A stretch of 61,589 bases of DNA, the filler included. It is 8 parts of 8 records of this genome, joined end to end, with 100 filler letters (N's around TTAATTAATTAA, not from the genome) between each part and the next. Parts side by side here need not be neighbours in the genome. Positions count along the whole stretch, not along the records: positions 14,997 to 22,446 come from DRR723986_27897; positions 22,547 to 30,392 come from DRR723986_28080; 6 more parts are not named here. The stretch is one strand, 5' to 3'. The notes below the pieces were generated by a model. It was not told the DNA's origin. It ran no database searches and was given only the letters and a program-made list of their open reading frames with translations. This document shows, piece by piece, positions 18,575 to 27,351 of this stretch. Made by a program: the position numbers and the translations under genes. The stretch's first letter is position 1. Every line of letters starts with the position of its first letter.

Positions 18575-19951
18575 ATGACCACGTTCTCCAACACCCCTTA
18601 CGAGTCGCTTGAAGTGGGAATGGAGGCTGCCTCCCCCCGGCTGGTCACGGCTGATGATCTCTATGTTTTTGCAAATTCGAGTGGCAATCATAACCCCATG
18701 CACCTGCCGCGCGAGGATGGTGACGGCGATGGCCGACCCGAGGCAATTGCGCCGGGCATGTGGGTGGGGGCGTTGATTTCCTCGGTTCTGGGCAACCAAC
18801 TGCCGGGGCCGGGGACGCTGTATAAACGCCAGACGCTGACCTTCCTCGACCGCGCCCATGCGGGCGAAACGCTGCTCGCCAAAGTGCGTGTGGCCGAAAA
18901 GCTGCCGGGCAACCTGGTGCTCTTCGAAACTTGGGTGGAACGCGACGACGGATTGCGCATCTGCGAAGGGACCGCCGAGGTGATTGCGCCCGACCGCGCG
19001 ATGAGCTTTGACGATATGGACGTGCCGGGGCTGACCGTGCAGCGCCATCAGCATTTCGACCGGCTGCTGGAACTGGCCGCGCCCTTGCCTGCGCTGGCCA
19101 CGGCCGTCGTCGCCCCGGAGAAGCCCGATGCACTGAACGGCGCGCTTCTGGGGCGCGATCATACGCTGATTGATCCGATCTTCGTGGGATGCGCGAAGAA
19201 GATTGCGGCAGCGGCCGAGGAATTGGGCGCGGATATCTCGGATATCGAGATCATTGATGTGCCCGACAACCGTGCCGCCGCGCTGCGGGCGGTTGCGTTG
19301 ATCCACGAGGGCAGGGCGCGGGCGCTGATGAAGGGGCATCTGCACACCGACCAGCTATTGCACGCGATCCTGAAGAAAGAGGGCGGTCTGCGCACAAATC
19401 GCCGCCTCAGCCATGTCTTCGTGATGGATGTACCGGGGCTCGATCACCTGCTCTTCGTGACCGATGCGGCGATCAACATTTCACCCGATCTCGAATGCAA
19501 GGTGTCGATCTGTCAGAACGCCATCAATCTGGCCCTGTCGCTTGGCATCGCGCAGCCCAAGGTTGGGGTGCTGTCGGCGGTGGAAACGGTGACGCCCTCG
19601 ATCCCCTCGACGCTGGATGCGGCGATCCTGTCGAAAATGGCCGACCGGGGGCAGATCACCGGCGGGCTGGTGGACGGACCACTGGCGATGGACAACGCAA
19701 TCAATCTGGAGGCCGCGCGCACCAAGGGAATCAAGGGCCTGGTTGCGGGGCACGCCGATATCCTGCTGGCACCCAACATGGAAGCGGGCAACATGATTGC
19801 CAAGGAACTGACCTTTCTCGCCCATGCAGAGGCGGCGGGCGTGGTGATGGGCGCTCAGGTGCCGGTGATTCTGAACAGCCGCGCTGATGACGACAAGGCA
19901 CGTCTTGCCTCCTGTGCGGTTGCCGCACTCTACGCGGAGAGCCTGCGATGA
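18575..19951 (+). CDS. Bifunctional MaoC enoyl-CoA hydratase / phosphate acetyl(butyryl)transferase
   Basis: FANSSGNHNPMH and LGNQLPGPGTLY (MaoC); LMKGHLHT, TDAAINI.P, DGPLAMDNA, EAGNM (PTA/PTB); GGAGG RBS. Confidence 0.9.
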   Translation: MTTFSNTPYESLEVGMEAASPRLVTADDLYVFANSSGNHNPMHLPREDGDGDGRPEAIAPGMWVGALISSVLGNQLPGPGTLYKRQTLTFLDRAHAGETLLAKVRVAEKLPGNLVLFETWVERDDGLRICEGTAEVIAPDRAMSFDDMDVPGLTVQRHQHFDRLLELAAPLPALATAVVAPEKPDALNGALLGRDHTLIDPIFVGCAKKIAAAAEELGADISDIEIIDVPDNRAAALRAVALIHEGRARALMKGHLHTDQLLHAILKKEGGLRTNRRLSHVFVMDVPGLDHLLFVTDAAINISPDLECKVSICQNAINLALSLGIAQPKVGVLSAVETVTPSIPSTLDAAILSKMADRGQITGGLVDGPLAMDNAINLEAARTKGIKGLVAGHADILLAPNMEAGNMIAKELTFLAHAEAAGVVMGAQVPVILNSRADDDKARLASCAVAALYAESLR

Positions 19952-21105
19952 GCGGTGTGATCCTGACCCTCAATGCCGGGTCGTCCTCGATCAAGTTTGC
20001 ACTTTACGGGGCCGGGCGCGAACCCGCGCTGGAAGCCTCGGGCCTGGTCGACGCCATCGGCCCCGATGCCCGGTTGGTCTTGAAACCGGAAGGCGGTGAA
20101 AAGGCGGTGACGGTGCTTGGCCGGACGGACCATGTGGCCGGGGTCGTAGCGATCCTGAACGCGCTTGCGCCGCTGCTGGCCGGTCGCCCGGTTTTGGGTG
20201 TTGGCCACAGGATCGTGCATGGTGGCCCCGAAATTGACGGGCCGCGGGTGCTGGATGACGAACGGCTTCGCTATCTCGCAACGCTGAAGCCGCTTGCGCC
20301 CTTGCACCAGCCGCACAACCTTGCGGCCGTCCATGCCGCCAAGGACGCCTTCCCTGACGCGGTGCAGGTCGGGGCCTTCGATACCGCCTTTCATCGTGGT
20401 CATCCGCGTGTGCATGACCAATTTGCCCTGCCACGCCGGTACTATGATCAGGGGGTGCGTCGCTACGGCTTTCATGGGCTGAGCTACGACTATATCGCCG
20501 GGCTGATGGCACGGGACTATCCTGATCTGGCCCACGGCAAGGTTATCGTTGCGCATCTGGGCAATGGGGCGTCGCTCTGCGGCATTGAAAACGGGCGCTC
20601 GATCTCGTCCACCATGGGGTTTTCCGCGTTGGAGGGGCTTTGCATGGGCACGCGGCCCGGCCAGGTCGATCCCGGCGTGCTGCTCTACCTGATGAAGGAA
20701 GAGGGCATGGGATATGAGCAACTGACCCATTTGCTTTACAAGGAAAGCGGGATGCTGGGACTGTCGGGCATCAGCCACGACATGCGTGAATTGCTGTCTT
20801 CGGATGCGCCCGAAGCTGAAGAAGCCATCGCCTATTACTGCACTCGACTGGCCCGTGAAATCGGCGCGATGGCGGCGGTTCTGGGCGGCATTGATGCACT
20901 GGTCTTTACCGGCGGTGTGGGCGAAAACGCGGCCCCGATCCGTGCGCGGGCCTTGGAGGGGCTCGGGTTTCTGGGTTTGGGCCTGGATGCCGGGGCAAAC
21001 GGGCGGAACGCAAGATTGGTCCATGCGGGCGCGGTGCCGGTTCTGGTGCTGCCCACGGATGAGGAACAGGTGATCGCCCGGGCCACCGCCGCCTGTCTGG
21101 CGTGA
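19948..21105 (+). CDS. ackA: Acetate/propionate kinase
   Basis: LNAGSSSIKF, GHRIVHGG, LAPLHQP, FDTAFH, RYGFHGLSY, HLGNGAS, FTGGVGEN, PTDEE. Confidence 0.95.
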   Translation: MSGVILTLNAGSSSIKFALYGAGREPALEASGLVDAIGPDARLVLKPEGGEKAVTVLGRTDHVAGVVAILNALAPLLAGRPVLGVGHRIVHGGPEIDGPRVLDDERLRYLATLKPLAPLHQPHNLAAVHAAKDAFPDAVQVGAFDTAFHRGHPRVHDQFALPRRYYDQGVRRYGFHGLSYDYIAGLMARDYPDLAHGKVIVAHLGNGASLCGIENGRSISSTMGFSALEGLCMGTRPGQVDPGVLLYLMKEEGMGYEQLTHLLYKESGMLGLSGISHDMRELLSSDAPEAEEAIAYYCTRLAREIGAMAAVLGGIDALVFTGGVGENAAPIRARALEGLGFLGLGLDAGANGRNARLVHAGAVPVLVLPTDEEQVIARATAACLA

Positions 21106-21247
21106 TCCGCAGGAGATTAACCTTAACGGCGATATCCTTAATGGCCGTAAACCTTGATGTGCGCATCCGGGTTCCCGACCTGTCATTGAAATGTCTTTTA
21201 CGCCGCGTCACGATTGTCTTTGGCTCACATCATCCCACTTATCCCTC

Positions 21248-21703
21248 ATGCGCTATTTGATCCTGCTGTTGCTTCCGATTGCCCTGCTGCTCTACATCCG
21301 GCTGTCACCGATGACGGCGGACCGCTGGCATGTCGACCCTTTGGTTGCAGAACGCCCCACGACACCCAATGCCTATCTGCTGCGCGATGACGGGGGCGAC
21401 GCCCCGGCGCTGATCCTGCAAGCTTCGCCTGCGCGTGTGGCCGAGAGCCTTGAGCAGATTCTGGCAAACACCCCGCGTGTGACCCGGCTGGCTGGCAGTG
21501 CATCGCAGGGTTGGGTCACCTATGTGCAGCGCAGCCGGATCATGGGCTATCCCGACGCGATTTCGATCCGCCTGACCCCGGTCGGCGATGGCACACGCGT
21601 GGACATCTTCTCTCGTTCGCGCTTTGGCTACGGCGATGGCGGCGTCAATGCGGCCCGCGTCACCCGCTGGATGACCCGGCTGGAGGCCGCGCTAACCCCT
21701 TGA
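21248..21703 (+). CDS. DUF1499 family protein
   Basis: N-terminal [41 protein letters not shown]. Confidence 0.85.
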   Translation: MRYLILLLLPIALLLYIRLSPMTADRWHVDPLVAERPTTPNAYLLRDDGGDAPALILQASPARVAESLEQILANTPRVTRLAGSASQGWVTYVQRSRIMGYPDAISIRLTPVGDGTRVDIFSRSRFGYGDGGVNAARVTRWMTRLEAALTP

Positions 21704-21735
21704 CGGCGCGCGCGCCCCGCGCCACACCGCCTGTC

Positions 21736-22446
21736 ATGTTGCCCGCAGACCGCCTGACACAGATCACCGAACGGTTCGAGTTTCTCGAAGCGCGTCTCAA
21801 TGCCGGCCCCGCCGCAGACGAGATCGCCGGGATCAGCCGTGAATATTCCGATCTTAAACCGGTCGTCGACCAGATTGTCGCCTATCGCCGAATTCTGTCC
21901 GATATCGAAGAAGCAACTGCGATGCTGGAAGATCCAGACATGGCCGAATTGGCGGAAGAGGAGTTGCCACGTCTGCGCAAGGCCCTGCCACCGGCGGAAC
22001 GTGCTTTGCAACTGGCGCTGCTGCCCAAGGACGCCGCCGATGCCCGCCCCGCGATGATCGAGATCCGCCCCGGAACAGGCGGTGACGAGGCCGCGCTTTT
22101 CGCGGGCGATCTGTTGCGCATGTATGAACGCTATGCCGATGCGCGCGGCTGGCAGCTGGAGATCATCGAACAGCAACTGACCGAGCTTGGCGGCATCAAG
22201 GAAGTCGTGGCGCATGTGACGGGCGAGGGCGTGTTTGCGCGGTTGAAATACGAATCCGGCGTTCACCGGGTGCAGCGGGTACCGTCCACGGAATCGGGCG
22301 GGCGCATTCACACCTCGGCGGCAACCGTCGCGGTGCTGCCAGAGGCCGAAGAGGTCGATATCGCCATCCCGGCCACCGACATCCGCATCGACACGATGCG
22401 CGCCAGCGGGGCAGGGGGCCAGCACGTGAACACCACCGATTCCGCC
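21736..22446 (+). CDS. prfA: Peptide chain release factor 1, 3'-truncated
   Basis: [59 protein letters not shown]. Confidence 0.97.
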
Positions 22447-22546
22447 NNNNNNNNNNNNNNNNNNNNNNNNNNNNNNNNNNNNNNNNNNNNTTAATTAATT
22501 AANNNNNNNNNNNNNNNNNNNNNNNNNNNNNNNNNNNNNNNNNNNN
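22447..22546. other. Artificial contig linker
   Basis: N44-TTAATTAATTAA-N44. Confidence 0.99.
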
Positions 22547-23026
22547 ATACTGTAGCGACAGAATTCTGACCAACTGCCGATGACTCTATTAAATGGGTTA
22601 GGCACTAGTGAACTACAAATAACCCTAAGCGGGCAGAATCAGAGGAGCAACGGATTCAAAATATTTCTCTTGAACCGAGCATGTAATTTTCAATTCTTAG
22701 TCTTTTTATCAAGTTGCTACTTAGAACCCCCTTCCCTCAGCCCGGCGCAGCCGCGCGGGACAAACAAAAAAGCCTCAAAAAGAGCACAGGCGCAGCTGTG
22801 TGATATGCCACAAGTATTCGAGGCTCCAAGAGCAAAAACAGCTGCTCAACATGCGCTGATTCCAGGCCTGAAGATGGTGCCGGCGAGGGGCAATGAGCCG
22901 GTTTGACTGCGCCAGTTTGCCTGTTGTGCGGACTCTTCGTAACATCGTAGTCGTTTTTCTGGTGGAATGACCCGCCGGCGACAGCCTTTTTGACCAATTT
23001 GCCGCGTAAGACAGCATGGAGCCCGC

Positions 23027-24136
23027 ATGAGTACTCCCCTGGTGATACCCGATAATAACTCACAAGAAGTGATTGTGGATGGCGATAATGATTCGCCGAT
23101 TAGCATTGGTAAGAATAATTCTGCCAGGATAATTATTCGTGGATCGAATACCGCGACTATCACCGTGGACGATAAAAACACGGGGGATATCCAGGTTGAA
23201 AACGATAATGAGGGTGTGGTGCGGCTGGGCGATGATAATGCCGGACGTATCGATATTGGGGATGTTAACGAAGGGCGTATTGAAGTTGGGGCCAATAATC
23301 GCGGTGAGATAACAACTGAAAATGACAACGAAGGTGGGATTCGCACTGGAGAAAATAATCAAGGTGACCTGAAGATTGGCGATGTTAACCAGGGGAAAAT
23401 TGAAGTAGGCGAAGGTAACTCCGGGAATATATTAATCGACGATGACAATGAAGGCTCGATTAAAACCGGACGGAATAATAGCGGCCGCGTCGATATTGGT
23501 GATGTTAACCAGGGCAAGGTTGACATTGGTGATGACAATAAAGGCGACGTGACGGCGCAGGACGATAATGAAGGTTCGATAGAAGTAGGTGAAGGCAATA
23601 GCGGAAACCTGGAAGTGGGCGATGATAATGGCGGGACCATTAGCGTCGGCGACGGAAATTCCGGTACAATTGCAACGGGTGACGACAACCAGGGTCGCAT
23701 CAGCATCGGTGACAACAATAAAGGCGCGCTGGATGTTGGTGATGTTAACGAAGGTCGCATCAGCGTGGGCAGTGCCAACCAGGGAAGTATTAACGTTGGT
23801 GACGACAATGAAGGTGATATCTCCGTCGGCGAGAACAATCAGGGTGATGTTAACGTCGATGAAGACAATGAAGGTGAAATTGAAGTCGGCGACAACAACA
23901 GCGGACAAATTAGTATTGGCGAGGAAAATGACGGCGAGATAACTGTGGATGACGACAACCACGGTGCGATTATAGTTGACGGCGATAATGACGGCGAAAT
24001 CCGCGTTGGGATCTGCAATCGCGGTAGTATAATAGTTAAAGGTGACCACAGCGGCACAATCGTTGTTGGGCCGGCAAACGAAGCCGAAGTCCAGATAGAA
24101 GGTGACAATGACGGCGATATCATTGAGCTGAGTAAT
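23027..24136 (+). repeat. Degenerate 30-bp coding tandem repeat, 37 units
   Basis: Recurring GA(C/T)GA(C/T)AATGAAGG and GATGTTAAC units in 30-nt register. Confidence 0.9.
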
Positions 24137-25051
24137 TCTGACTGCCGCGACTTTTTTGACGACTATGACCGCCGCTTTATGTTTAACGCCGATGCGGATC
24201 AGAAGCGACAGGTGCGCCTCTTAACATTTTTGGAAGACGGTACGCCGGGCCTGCTGGCACGCCGCCTGGTGGAGCGTCAGCGCGCCAATACCGAATCTGA
24301 GTCGCCAAGTTTTGAGCAGCCGAGTGCGGAAGAAAAAGCGGCGCTGGAAAACCTTTCGGACTTGCAGCTGGAGCTGTTCCGCGATCACTATTTACTTGAC
24401 AATAGTGATGAACTTAACTACGAGGCGATCCAATGGTGTTTCCTGGCATTTGCGAACGGTGAGCTGCGTAATCCAGCCTCACCTGAAGATGCACGTACGC
24501 GACCGGGAGAACCCGACAGTGCGTTCTTTTTCCTGTTTGCGGAGTTCGCCTCGGCAGCCATTGAGTGCGGTTGCGATGCCAAAATTTGGGCTGAGTTGTT
24601 AAAGTCCTTTGTTAAAGCTCAGGAAGTATTTGTAGACGTGTATCCGCCAATTGCCGGGCTGCAGAACAATCGCCGCAGCTTCCGTGGTCCGCGTGTTAAC
24701 AAACGCCGTAAGATGGATTTGCATACTGAGTATCAAGCTCTTACAACCGCCGAGCTGGAAGAGCGCTACAATGCAAATATTCAGCGTGGGGATGCGCAGG
24801 CGCCTGTGGTTTTCCGAGCGTCTTCCGACGAGGAGCGCGAAGCACTGATGACATTGCTGATGCCGATAGAGCGTTACTTCCGCTTTGTGGAAGCACGCAC
24901 GGGCGGAGAGCAACAACAGCAGAATACTGAGCGCCGGATTGTGCGTTACTTAAACGGCGTGCGCAATGAGATATTTATTACGCTGGAAGACATTCGGCCG
25001 CAGATGCGTTTTCTGGGCCTGCCCGATGAAATCCTTGGGGATGAAGGTTAA
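23027..25051 (+). CDS. Hypothetical protein: 37 acidic decapeptide repeats (predicted beta-solenoid) plus an unassigned C-terminal domain
   Basis: Residues 1-370 tile as N-x-G-x-[IV]-x-[IV]-[GD]-[DE]-x with no indels; GGAG RBS; downstream terminator. Confidence 0.85.
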   Translation: MSTPLVIPDNNSQEVIVDGDNDSPISIGKNNSARIIIRGSNTATITVDDKNTGDIQVENDNEGVVRLGDDNAGRIDIGDVNEGRIEVGANNRGEITTENDNEGGIRTGENNQGDLKIGDVNQGKIEVGEGNSGNILIDDDNEGSIKTGRNNSGRVDIGDVNQGKVDIGDDNKGDVTAQDDNEGSIEVGEGNSGNLEVGDDNGGTISVGDGNSGTIATGDDNQGRISIGDNNKGALDVGDVNEGRISVGSANQGSINVGDDNEGDISVGENNQGDVNVDEDNEGEIEVGDNNSGQISIGEENDGEITVDDDNHGAIIVDGDNDGEIRVGICNRGSIIVKGDHSGTIVVGPANEAEVQIEGDNDGDIIELSNSDCRDFFDDYDRRFMFNADADQKRQVRLLTFLEDGTPGLLARRLVERQRANTESESPSFEQPSAEEKAALENLSDLQLELFRDHYLLDNSDELNYEAIQWCFLAFANGELRNPASPEDARTRPGEPDSAFFFLFAEFASAAIECGCDAKIWAELLKSFVKAQEVFVDVYPPIAGLQNNRRSFRGPRVNKRRKMDLHTEYQALTTAELEERYNANIQRGDAQAPVVFRASSDEEREALMTLLMPIERYFRFVEARTGGEQQQQNTERRIVRYLNGVRNEIFITLEDIRPQMRFLGLPDEILGDEG

Positions 25052-25091
25052 GCGCCGCCAGACTTCAAAATCGTATGTTATATGCAAATAG

Positions 25092-25130
25092 AAAAGCCTC
25101 CAGGCGAATAGACGTTGGAGGCTTTTTGTT
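25092..25130. terminator. Likely bidirectional intrinsic terminator
   Basis: AAAAGCCTCCA...TGGAGGCTTTT + TGTTTTT, between convergent genes. Confidence 0.75.
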
Positions 25131-25275
25131 TTTGCTTAAGTCTATCGCTCTAATTGCCAAAAACAACAAAACACTCAGGCAATTGTAAACTAAGGGCAGG
25201 GTTAGCCTGCAGGAGTGCTCACTTTTTGCACATAGACTCTGGACCCTGAGAACTCTGCCGGTGCAGTTTAAAATG

Positions 25276-26511
25276 TTAACTATTTTGCGCCTGCAGCGCG
25301 GCTTTTTCTTCGGCGATTGATTCGAGCATTATCTTAATCACCGTATCGAGTTCGGAGCGCGTAATTACCAGCGGCGGAATGATGCGCATCACATTCAGTG
25401 AGGTGCAGTTGCTGATGACTCCTTTGGCGAGCATGCGGCGGACAACACCGGCGCCTTCAAAGTTGAGGACTACGCCGCGCATCAGTCCGATGCCGCGGAT
25501 TCCCACGATTGCATCCTCGCCGGCTTGCGCGGCTTTGATCTGCTCAACAAAGTAGTTGCCCAGTTCGGTGGCGCGGTCCAGTAAGTCTTCTTCTTCGATT
25601 ACATCCAGGGTGGCGAGCGCGGCGGCGCAGGCCAAAGGGTTGCCGCCAAAAGTTGTGCCATGTCTTCCCGGCGGCAGCGCGTCGGCAATTGCCTGGCTGA
25701 CGACAGTGGCGCCAATCGGCATTCCGCCGCCGAGGCCTTTGGCCAGGGCCAGGATGTCGGGTTTGACGCCGGCATGTTCGTAGGCGAACATCGTGCCGGT
25801 GCGTCCGGCACCACACTGAACTTCGTCAAAAATCAGGGCGGCGCCGCGTTCTGTGCACATGCGGCGGGCTGCCTGGAGATATTCATTTGTGGCTGCGGTC
25901 ACGCCGCCTTCACCCTGGACCGGCTCCAGAATCACAGCGGCCACGTCGCGGTCAATAGCGCGATCGAGTGCTTCAATATCATTAAAGGGAATGCGGCGGT
26001 AGCCGGAGGGAATCGGCTCAAAACCTTTTTGGTAGATGTCCTTGCCGGCGGCAATCGTGGCCAGGGTGCGTCCGTGGAAACAACCTTCCATGGAAACAAT
26101 GACGCCGCCGCGTGGGTTGCCGCCATGCTGATGGTGACTGTGATACCAGTTGCGCGCCAGTTTGATGGCACCTTCATTGGCTTCGGCGCCGGAGTTGTTG
26201 AAGAATACGCGGTCCAGGCCGCTCAGCTCTACTAAGCGCCGGGCCAGATGTGCCTGCTGTTCGGTAACAAAAAAATTGGAGACATGCATCAGCTGCGCGG
26301 CCTGCTGCTGGATGGCGGCGACGACGCGCGGGTGGCAGTGGCCGACATTCAGGACGGCAATACCTGCAAGAGCATCGATATATTCGCGGCCGTCGGTATC
26401 CCAGATGCGTGCGCCGGCGCCGCGGGCCGGGACTAAAGGCAAACGACGGTAGACCTGTAAATGAAAATCTTTTTCGATTTGCGGCGCTTGTGTAGCTGTT
26501 GGGTCTGACAT
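25276..26511 (-). CDS. argD: Acetylornithine/succinylornithine family aminotransferase (class III PLP)
   Basis: YIDALAGIAV..GHCHP, NSGAEANEGAIKLAR, FHGRT, EPVQGEGG, DEVQCG.GRTG, AKGLGGG, HGTTFGGNPL. Confidence 0.9.
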   Translation of the reverse strand: MSDPTATQAPQIEKDFHLQVYRRLPLVPARGAGARIWDTDGREYIDALAGIAVLNVGHCHPRVVAAIQQQAAQLMHVSNFFVTEQQAHLARRLVELSGLDRVFFNNSGAEANEGAIKLARNWYHSHHQHGGNPRGGVIVSMEGCFHGRTLATIAAGKDIYQKGFEPIPSGYRRIPFNDIEALDRAIDRDVAAVILEPVQGEGGVTAATNEYLQAARRMCTERGAALIFDEVQCGAGRTGTMFAYEHAGVKPDILALAKGLGGGMPIGATVVSQAIADALPPGRHGTTFGGNPLACAAALATLDVIEEEDLLDRATELGNYFVEQIKAAQAGEDAIVGIRGIGLMRGVVLNFEGAGVVRRMLAKGVISNCTSLNVMRIIPPLVITRSELDTVIKIMLESIAEEKAALQAQNS

Positions 26512-26746
26512 ATTTATGTTCCGTTGATATTTAATGCTGAGTCCGTGCCGGCAATGAGCGCGACTCTCTCCGTGGACACGATGGTCGCTTATGCTTCTGG
26601 CCGCGCTTGAGTGAACCACTGGAATTGACTATTTTTACACTCGTTTTCGTGCTGCGTACGCGTCGCAAGATTGCGTTTTTCCTGAGCCTTTCCAAAGCTT
26701 TTTCTGAGCTAATTTTGAGTCATCAACCCTAAGAGAGGAATCTTAA

Positions 26747-27229
26747 ATGACAACTGAACCAGTTGTAATGCAGGCCAATCAGCTTCACCTTGTGGGACTT
26801 AACGCACGTACGAGTAATGCAGCCGAAGCCGATCCCGCGACCGGCAAGATTGGGCCGATGTGGGGCCGCTTTCACCACGAGAACCTGGCAAATACGATTC
26901 CCGGGCAGACGAATCCAGGTGTTGTGTTTGGCGTTTATAGCGACTATTCCAGTGACCACAATGGTGAGTACACTTCCACGATTGCAGTCGAAACTGAGGC
27001 AAATGCGACGGTTGATGATGGCTTCAGCGCCCTGACAATCCCGCCCGCCACTTACCTGGTGTTTTCAGGTGAAGGTCCGGTGCCACAGGCAACTATCTCT
27101 CTCTGGCAGGAGATCTGGCAATACTTTGAGAAAAACTCTGAGCATCAGCGCGCCTTTAGCTATGACTACGAGGTTTACTCGGCGGCGGATCCATTTAAGG
27201 TGGATATTTATATCGCCATCAACGTCTAA
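26747..27229 (+). CDS. GyrI-like small-molecule/effector-binding protein
   Basis: VGL.ARTSNA.E, IGPMW.RF, GVYSDY.SD..GEY, IPPATYLVF, WQEIW, RAF.YDYEVY, DIYIAI. Confidence 0.88.
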   Translation: MTTEPVVMQANQLHLVGLNARTSNAAEADPATGKIGPMWGRFHHENLANTIPGQTNPGVVFGVYSDYSSDHNGEYTSTIAVETEANATVDDGFSALTIPPATYLVFSGEGPVPQATISLWQEIWQYFEKNSEHQRAFSYDYEVYSAADPFKVDIYIAINV

Positions 27230-27268
27230 AAGGCTGTCTAAGCCAGGATCGTTGCGAAAATTCGGGAC

Positions 27269-27304
27269 AAAAAAAACGGTCAGTCCCGTCTGGGCCTGAC
27301 CGTT
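27269..27304 (-). terminator. Intrinsic terminator of the OmpA-family gene
   Basis: Minus strand AACGGTCAG.CCC-loop-GGG.CTGACCGTT followed by a T-run. Confidence 0.7.
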
Positions 27305-27351
27305 CACGTCTGTGATGAGAAACCGACACTCTACCCCTTGAGGCTTCCGTA

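Noticed and set aside
21115-21155. Cluster of TTAA/TTAAC words upstream of the DUF1499 gene as CtrA boxes
   Set aside because: No pair has the TTAA-N7-TTAA spacing; too weak to call.
23027-24136. 30-bp periodicity as a possible CRISPR array
   Set aside because: There is no invariant repeat/unique spacer alternation; variation is synonymous or conservative within one open frame, and no cas genes are present.
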